Notes under the pieces: generated by a model
Seen by the model: the letters and a program-made list of their open reading frames with translations, nothing else
What the model was told of the DNA's origin: nothing
Databases searched by the model: none
In this document: positions 56,335 through 64,000 of the stretch, one piece after another
Position numbering within the stretch: position 1 is the first letter of the stretch
Layout: each line of letters begins with the position of its first letter
Source of the DNA: the human T2T-CHM13v2.0 reference genome, Homo sapiens
Strand: one strand, 5' to 3'
Assembly: GCF_009914755.1 (NCBI RefSeq)
Contig: NC_060945.1
Length of the DNA: 64,000 bases
Position numbers and translations under genes: made by a program

Positions 56335-57000
56335 GTTAAAGGCAGTTTTCAGAAAAATGGAAAAATTTAATATGAGCCTCTATTAGATGATATCTGACCA
56401 TCTAATAAATTATCATTGATTTTATTTGTGATAATGGCATTGTGATATATAAGAAAATATCCACCTTTTTAGAGATACACATCAAAATCAGAAGATGTAA
56501 ACTAATAGATGTCTGCAGTATACTTTAAAAAAAAATTAAGCGAAAAAAAGAAAAAACAAAACAAAACAAAACAGGTTGATGAACAAATGGGCCAAAATTT
56601 TTTTGAGACCGTGTCTTACTGTGTCACCCAGAGGCTGGAATGCGTTGGTGTGATTATGGCTCACGGCAGCCTTGACCACCCCGGGCTCAGACAATCCTCC
56701 TACCTCAGCCTCCAGTGTAGCTGGAACCACAGGTACACACCACCATGCCTGACTTTTTTTTTTTCATGTTTCATAGAGACCAGGTCTCACTGTGCTGCCT
56801 AGGCTGGTCTCAGACTCCTGGGCTCAACCAATCCACACACCTCAGCCTTCCAAAGTGGCAGGATTACAGATGTGAGCCACCATACCTGGCGCCAAATTTT
56901 GATAATTGTTAAATGTAAGTAATAGGCCTTTGAGGAATCATTTTATTATTCTCTTTCCTTTTGTGAATTCTTGGAATCTTTCATAATAAACACATTTAAA
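56335..57000 (+). mobile_element. Ancient L1M (L1MC/L1ME) 3'UTR split by AluJ
   Basis: tgtgataatggcattgtga...ttttagagatacac...ttgataattgttaaatg...ctttcataataaa. Confidence 0.65.
56598..56890 (-). mobile_element. AluJ
   Basis: ggctcacggcagccttgacc, gggctcagacaatcctcc; TSD gccaaa(a)tttt. Confidence 0.9.
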
Positions 57001-57063
57001 GAATTGGTTTCCCAAACTTCTAGACTTTTATTCACTTAGGATTAGCCTTAGCACCCATAGCAG

Positions 57064-58620
57064 TGTGTCCGGAATTGGTGGGTTCTTGGTCTCACTGACT
57101 TCAAGAACGAAGCCGCGGACCCTCGCGGTGAGTGTTACAGCCCTTAAGGTGGCGCGTCTGGAGTTTGTCCCTTCTGATGTTCAGATGTGTTCGGAGTTTC
57201 CTTTTTCTGGTGGGTTCGTGGCCTCGCTGGCTCAGGAGTGAAGCTGCAGACCTTCGCAGTGAGTGTTACAGCTCTTAAGGCAGCGCGTCTGGAGTTGTTC
57301 GTTCCTCCCGGTGGGCTCGTGGTCTCGCCGGGCTCAGAACTGAAGCTGCAGATCTTCGCGGTGAGTGTTACAGCTCATAAATGCAGCGTGGACCCAAAGA
57401 GTGAGCAATAGCAAGATTTATTGCAAAGAGCGAAAGAACAAAGCTTCCACAGTGTGGAAGGGGACCCGAGCGGGTTGCCAATGCTGGCTCGGGCAGCCTG
57501 CGTTTATTCTCTTATTTGGCCCCACCCATATCCTGCTGATTGGTAGAGCCGAGTGGCCTGTTTTGTCGGGGCGCTGATTGGTGCGTTTACAATCCCTGAG
57601 CTAGATACAAAGGTTCTCCACGTCCCCATCAGATTAGTTAGATACAGAGTTTGGACACACAGGTTCTCCAAGGCCCCACCAGAGCAGCTAGATACAGAGT
57701 GTCGATTGGTGCACTCACAAACCTTGAGCTAAACACAGGGTGCTGATTGGTGTGTTTACAAACCCTGAGCCAGACACAGAGTGCCGATTGGTGTATTTAC
57801 AAACCTTGAGCTAGACATAAAGGTTCTCCACGTCCTCACCAGAGCAGCTAGATACAGAGTGTCGATTGGTGCACTCACAAACCTTGAGCTAAACACAGGG
57901 TGCTGATTGGTGTGTTTACAATCCCTGAGCTAGATATAAAGACTCCCCACATCCCCACCAGACTCAGGAGTCCAGCTGGCTTCACCTAGTGGATCCCGCA
58001 CCAGGACTGCAGGTGGAGCTGCCTGCCAGTCCTGCGCCGTGCGCTCGCATTCCTCAGCCCTTGGGTGGTCGATGGGACTGGGCGCAGTGGAGTAGGGGGT
58101 GGTGCTCCTAGGGGAGGCTCGGGCCACACAGGAGCCCATGGAGTGGGTGGGAGGCTCAGGCATGGCGGGCTGCAGGTCCCGAGCCCTGCCCCGCGGGAAG
58201 GCAGCCAAGGCCCAGCGAGAAATCGAGCACAGTGCCGGTGGGCCGGCACTGCTGGGGGACTCAGTACACCCTCCGCAGCCACTGGCCCGGGTGCTAAGTC
58301 CCCCATTGCCCGGGGCCAGCAGGGCTTGCTGGCTGCTCCGAGTGCGGGGCCCACCAAGCCCACGCCCACCCGGAACTCCAGCTGGCCCGCAAGCGCCGCA
58401 CGCAGCCCCGGTTCCCGCTCGTGCCTCTCCCTCCACACCTCCCTGCAAGCTGAGGGAGTGGGCTCCAGCCTTGGCCAGCCCAGAAAGGGGCTCCCACAGT
58501 GCATTGGGGGGGTGGGTGGCTGAAGGGCTCCTCAAATGCCACCGAAGTGGGAGCCCAGGCAGGGGAGGTGCCGAGAGCAAGCGAGGGCTCTGAGGACTGC
58601 CAGCATGCTGTCACCTCTCA
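57064..58620 (-). mobile_element. Complete solo LTR12C (ERV9 LTR), 1,557 bp
   Basis: Minus strand begins tgagaggtgacagcatgctggcagtcctc and ends aagaacccaccaattccggacaca; 4-bp TSD GCAG at 57060-57063 and 58621-58624; U3 41-bp repeats and U5 gtgagtgttacag repeats. Confidence 0.97.
57470..57945 (-). promoter_or_regulatory. LTR12C U3 enhancer/promoter (NF-Y CCAAT and GATA repeats, AATAAA-type TATA)
   Basis: ATTGG at 57539, 57577, 57705, 57746, 57787, 57865, 57906; AGATA at about 57603, 57640, 57690, 57850, 57932; TATA-like tttatt at 57503-57508; LTR poly(A) signal tttatt at 57417-57422. Confidence 0.75.
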
Positions 58621-58679
58621 GCAGGAGCTATGCTCAAGAGTTGTGTCCTCCCACAGTTTCCTCTCCTGACTTGCAATGT

Positions 58680-59330
58680 CTCCAGGATCCTATTTAATGT
58701 AGTCTTTGAAGGCCTCAACATCAGCTCTGCTGGGAAGTCCTTGCTTAATCGCTCAAATAAAACAGACTTTGCCCATCTTTAAGTACTCAGAAGTTGGCTA
58801 ATTCCTCTATTATGACATTAGTATATTTTCTTATATAAAATATTACTTGTCTTCTTCTCCTGCTGCAGTGGAAACTTTTTAAGATTAGGCAATGTGGCCG
58901 GTAGTGGTGGCTCACGTCTGTAATCCCAGCACTTTGGGAGGCTGAGGCGGGTGGATCACCTGAGGTCAGGAGTTCAAGACCAGCCTGGCCAAGATGGTGA
59001 AACCCCGTCTCTACTAAAAATACAAAAATTAGCCGGGCGTGGTGGCAGGCACCTGTAATCCCAGCTACTCAGGAGGCTGAGGCAGAGAATTGCTTGAACC
59101 TGGAAGGCAGAGGTTGCAGTAAGCCGAGATCGTGCCACTGCATTCCAGCCTGGACGACAGAGCGAGACTCCATCTCTAAAAAAAAAAAAAAACACAAAAA
59201 ACAAAAAAAACAAAAACAAACAAACAAAAAAGACTGGGCAATGTATTATTTTCATTGTCTTTCTTTCCCCTGACTTTTCACAGGGTCTGACACAGAATCA
59301 TAAAACCCCTGAAAATGTCTGTGAAATCGT
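58680..59330 (+). mobile_element. L2 3' fragment split by Alu
   Basis: acatcagctctgctgggaagtcctt...cacagggtctgacacagaa...aaatgtctgtgaaat. Confidence 0.5.
58896..59229 (+). mobile_element. Alu (AluSx-like) with an A/C-rich tail
   Basis: Full dimer; TSD aaga(t/c)t(a/g)ggcaatgt at 58881-58895 and 59230-59244. Confidence 0.96.
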
Positions 59331-60203
59331 AGAGTTATCACAGTATTCACAGCACAGAGCACATAGCAGGAATGTCATTTCGTGACCTCAAGAAGGATAG
59401 CGCCACAAGTATATTTGGGCAGCTAAGCTGTGAAAATTTTATTTTGATTGGAGGAATACAGAACTATGCAAAACTTGGGTGTATTTGTTTAACTTAACCT
59501 AGTTACTACAGCAGTTTCTCAAACTTCCTCATTCATTTAGGGGTTTAGGTATTTGATTGACTGGCGCCAGCAAGAACTCATTTTGGAGAGCACCACATAC
59601 ATAACTAGGTCTCATTCAGGCACGGTCCACACTATTCCTATCCACAAAGTGCTTTTGATTTACCGGGAAATCTTTTGACAAAGCTCTTCTCCCTTCAGGG
59701 AAGTGTGGGTGGTGGTGGTGGTGCAGGACCTAGAAGCAAAAAAGGGACACTTCTAACAAAGCCGTGAAGTTCTTCTGTGCTGTTATAACGCGATCTACCT
59801 AGGTAAAGATTTGCTCTCTACATTTGTTTACAGAAATTGATTCCACAAATCTTTGTAAAGAGGAGTGTTTTAGGGGCAAAACAAATGTGACACTTTCTAA
59901 GAGCAAACTCTGTATACGAATTTAGACTTAGTTAAAATAACTAGTTATCATGTGATCTGATCTTAACTGGCTTTTTAAAAGCAGCAAAGGAAATATATTT
60001 TGTTAGTTTAGCGTGCTTGTCAGAACTGATCCTGAGACATGGTTTCCTTGGGCACGTGGCGTGTGTTTTGAAAAATCAGCCTCCTTTGGGAATTGTACTC
60101 TTAAGATATTTGTTCAGAGATGTTCAAGCTCTCAGTTACAAGATGCTTGAGCCAGAAACAGAAAAGTCTGAGTACAGTGCCATTGTTACATTGTCATGTG
60201 CGT

Positions 60204-60211
60204 CTGTGCGT

Positions 60212-60261
<50 letters not shown>
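60204..60261 (+). repeat. Compound (TG)n(AG)n microsatellite
   Basis: Direct observation. Confidence 0.95.
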
Positions 60262-61672
60262 TAGCTATGATAAAATATGAAAGTGTCATCTTCCTCAAGT
60301 AATTCTGACCATCTGTCGTCTCAGCTCATCTTAGGGTCATAGCTGTGTTGTTTCTCTTAGGGCTAAGTTGAGAGTATAATATTAAACAATATAGAATTGA
60401 TAGCAGGCCCTTTCTTTCCCCACCTCCCCATTGTCCAACTGTATGTACCTGTTCAAAGAACAAAAAACACTATAAATGATAGTATTTGACCACAGATTAT
60501 GATTTCCAACCTTGCTTGTTTCCTTAGGCCACATTGAAACTGCATCTTTTTTTTTGTCCCTTTAACCCAAAAAGTAATGATGGTGGCTGATGGCACTTGG
60601 TAAGGAATTCACCTTTTATAGAGCAATTATTTAATAAGGGTTTAAAATTATTATTATTACAATCACTAAGCAAATTACAGTATATAAAATTTTTTCCAGG
60701 CAAAATCCATTAGTCATGATCAAAGATTCCTCAGTACTAAAGACTGTGCATGCATAATAAATATACTTGGGGGTAAATTTGCTTTAGGGGAAAAATGAAG
60801 CCTGTAGTTGCTGGATGGAATTATGCGTATTTGAGTTAAAGCACTTTAGCGTCACTATGAGTTGAAGCCAACTGAATCTTATTGTTACAGATAAGTCCCA
60901 TTTCCTTGAAAATATAAACTATGTATTTGTTATGGGACTTACTTATAGGTGTGCAGAGTCTACCATAGGTTAATCTTTATTGTACAAATCACTTTTGCTT
61001 TTATGGGAAGTGCTGTTGTGCTGTACTCTACATGGTTATATAAATTATGCAGTTTAAGGCACAATTAGCATGCATTCTCTCAGCTTATGAATAATAACAT
61101 TCTTTTAATAACAATATATTTAGACACACATAGAATGAAAGGAGCTTAATGTATCGTTCAAGGTTCTTTCATTGCACAGAATAAGGATGAAATGCTGTTT
61201 AGGAACTCAATGAAAATGTTACAAAATATCCTCTTAATCTATAATGTACACATTGTGTATATGACATCCTTGGGACTATGCAATGGAAATAGTGACAAGT
61301 AAACAATGAAACAAAAGGAAATCAATTTACCAAACCCAGAAAGGTGAAAGCATTTGGTGAAACACAACTCCACAAAGAAATGTGAAGTGCTGACAGAACT
61401 GTTACATAACCTTCAATTTATTTTAATAACACTGGAAGGGCAGATGTCATAGTGGTTCCTGGAAATCTTTTTGAGGTTTCCAGGATGTGTTCCCATTAAT
61501 TTTTTTTAAAGCACCTACTACATTGTGCAACCTATAACCAGCATTGACTAATTTATATCATGTTCCCTCTTGAGGCTGACTCAGGTCTAGTTCTCCTAAA
61601 AGAGAACTGAGCAGGATGTAGGAGTCATATGCAAAGAGGCTTCTCCATGCAGGACAGAACACAGCCTCAGGA

Positions 61673-61687
61673 AGGTCACAGGGGTCA
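61673..61687 (+). promoter_or_regulatory. DR3 nuclear-receptor element AGGTCA-cag-GGGTCA
   Basis: Exact match to RGKTCA-N3-RGKTCA; function not shown. Confidence 0.35.
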
Positions 61688-62309
61688 AGCTGATTACCTC
61701 CTCCAGCTCTGGCAAGCAGAGGGCTCAGCTGGGTTACCCAAGTTCACAAGAGCTATTGACATTCAGCTGTAGCTCCCACTCATTATGGGATCAGCAGGGG
61801 ACTGTCTGGGCCTCCTGTTAACTCTTCTGTGCCCTGTTTTAAGATTGCAGTGAGGTCAAAAAGGAAGCCATCAGGTAGCTTTGCCTCAACTTCTTAATAG
61901 TTATGATTCAAGAAATGAATCTTTTAAACCAGTGTCTAATAAACCTTTTACAAGTGGATGCCTGCAACCAATCATTTCAAAAGCTCTGGATAAAACGCAA
62001 GTAAATATGTTTGTTCATGATGCAGTAAATGTTTATTTCCTAGACTGAAATGGAAATGGGGAGGATATGTTTTCTCTTCCCACCAAGAATAATTCCCACT
62101 TTGTCTTTAATAAGGAAGGCCACACATGATTTTTAAAGAGATAATAGCAGCACTATTGTCACTTAAAAGTGCATGTTTTCCCTGAGTTGCTCGTGTAAAA
62201 CTAACCTCAGAGAGAACTTTAACAACTCATCATCTAAGAAGTGAAGTCACAGTTTTACAGAAGTTCAGAAGCTCTCTATTAGGTTACAGACATGGAGCTC
62301 TAAGTGGTA

Positions 62310-62450
62310 AGCCTGTTCCTTCAGGCTTTGATCTCCTGCTGACACATTATGATCTTCTAGAAGTGACTTAACCTCTTTGCCTCTATGAACTCATTTGTAA
62401 ATGGAGAATAATAGTTAATTAATCCACGAAGCATGTCTCTGTGGTAGCAA
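62310..62450 (+). mobile_element. MIR SINE
   Basis: aagtgacttaacctctttgcctctatgaactcatttgtaaatggagaataatag. Confidence 0.6.
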
Positions 62451-62854
62451 TGGGAAGACTGACTCTCTGTTACACCCAAGGGCCTCTAAGTCATCTATCT
62501 TTCCTAGTTCTTCCTTTTTTAGCGTTATACTGGCCCTAGAACACACATTATGCTGAATCCTTGGTTCTCCTCTTTTATTCCTAATTGCTCCCGCAAATGG
62601 TTGAGTATCTGTACACAGTTGGGGTTAGTTTTCATTCAACTACTATATTTAAAAAGTATTAAGCTTCTTTTAAGGGCCAAGAGCTTGTAAGACAAAAGCT
62701 GTACCCTAAAGGAGGTTAGAGTTTAGCCAGAAGACATGGAATTATAAGCAATGTGGTCAATTCCAGGAATCCACCTAAATAATTCAGAGTCCAGGTGGAT
62801 TTGGGGAGTTAGGAGTTATCTAGTTTGATTTCTGGCTTTGTCAGATGATCTAGC

Positions 62855-63990
62855 TGACTGCCAAATCTACACTTGACCCAAAGACACAAAAGACTATCTA
62901 CATAGACTCGTTCAATCTTGACTTTAATCACAAATGCAAACAGAAATTCCTTGATCTACCTCTTTCTGTAACATTTGACACTGTTGGCCATTCTCTCTAT
63001 TATGAGTGTTCTAGAAGCTGTCTCGGTAAATTGGGCAATGCTAGCTCTGCATGATTCTTAGCTCTCCACCTTTCTCTTGCCATACTCTTTCACTTGATGA
63101 TTTCTATCGCCCTCGCCCCCAACTCCCACTTTATGGATTTAGCCATTTCCCAAATCTTTAGCACTAACTCCCAGCCCTCTTCGAAGCAAGAGGTCCATTT
63201 TTGTACTTGCCTGCTCTGCATTTCCACTGGTTTATCCCACTGGCATTTTTAACTCGAGTCTATAGTGACATCTTTCCCCAGATGAGCTCCGTCCTCCGAC
63301 TTCCCTTTTGCGTGTGAGGATTCATTATCCACCCAGTTAATCAGGCTCTCAACTCCAGAGTCATCTTTGATTTCCTCCTCTGCTTTGACCCACCTAACTT
63401 GTCTCCCATCAATAACCCATCAATTCTATTTTCACCCTTTCCTTTATTTATTTTGTACACAGCCTTCATCTTCTTAAGGCAAAACTGTTAATTTTCTCAT
63501 TTCTCCGTCATACCCTAATACATCACAGGCTAAGTTCCAAAATATTGGATGTACCGTTTAAACTTCTATAACCTGGCATCAACTTACATTTTGTCAGCCT
63601 TCTGATTGATGATATATTGTTTCATATTGCTTTACAGCCACCCCAAAAGTTATACACCCTTCCTGAATATGCTGCATATGATTCTGCCTCCTTGTGTCTG
63701 CATTTGCCGTCCCTGCAGTCAATATCCTACAGTTCTTCACAAACTAGTTCAGACATCCATGAATCCCTCACTGATTTATCTTACAGTCAGTCTTCTGATG
63801 TGTAGCTTTTAAGTCCTACTTTTCCTAAGGAACTCAACATTGACTATCAGTGTCATGGGCATTTATGGCTTTACCTGACTTCTCAGTGCTCTGAAGATGG
63901 AGAGGCTGCGTCATGTGGGTGTGGATCCCTCTGCATCACTAAGCACAATTCTTGGCAGAGAGTAGAGGGTTAGTAATATATATTGCAAAA
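62855..63990 (+). mobile_element. Long degenerate L2 LINE including an RT remnant and the 3' end
   Basis: 62950-62997 translates LDLPLSVTFDTVGHSL, resembling L2/CR1 RT LDLSAAFDTVDHSL; catctttgatttcctcctct; 3' end ctctgcatcactaagcacaattcttggcagagagtag. Confidence 0.7.
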
Positions 63991-64000
63991 CCGATGTATT

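Noticed and set aside
57539-57945. Regular 41-bp repeats as a CRISPR-like array
   Set aside because: These are the known U3 tandem repeats of ERV9/LTR12, with no unique spacers and no cas genes, in eukaryotic DNA
57930-58614. Overlapping 106-216 aa ORFs on both strands
   Set aside because: All lie in the GC-rich U3 of LTR12C, where stop codons are scarce; repeat-derived and not genes

Overview
This window is AT-rich primate genomic DNA. AluY plus a solo LTR12C/ERV9 LTR point to a hominoid, most likely human. It looks intronic or intergenic, and I cannot name the locus. I recognise no intact protein-coding gene, tRNA, rRNA or snRNA. The ORFs that can be assigned come from repeats (Alu, L1 ORF2 remnants, LTR12C, MaLR); the rest are short and unrecognisable. 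The window is a layered record of transposable elements: 17 Alus, L1PA/L1MA/L1MB/L1ME fragments, many L2 and MIR remnants, MaLR and ERVL solo LTRs, and MER5/MER58 DNA transposons. Highlights seen in the sequence: (1) a complete 1,557-bp solo LTR12C on the minus strand with a GCAG TSD and seven CCAAT boxes; (2) a 209-bp twin-primed, 5'-inverted L1PA with a perfect 12-bp TSD; (3) two three-layer nested insertions (MIR<L1<AluY); (4) a consensus DR3 nuclear-receptor element beside an AP-1 site; (5) MEIS/E-box motif clusters; (6) several plus-strand microexon-like units and one exon-like unit between inverted AluYs. Repeat subfamily names come from recalled consensus features and are approximate. 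All regulatory and splicing calls are motif-level hypotheses. I found no convincing evidence of a new biological system.
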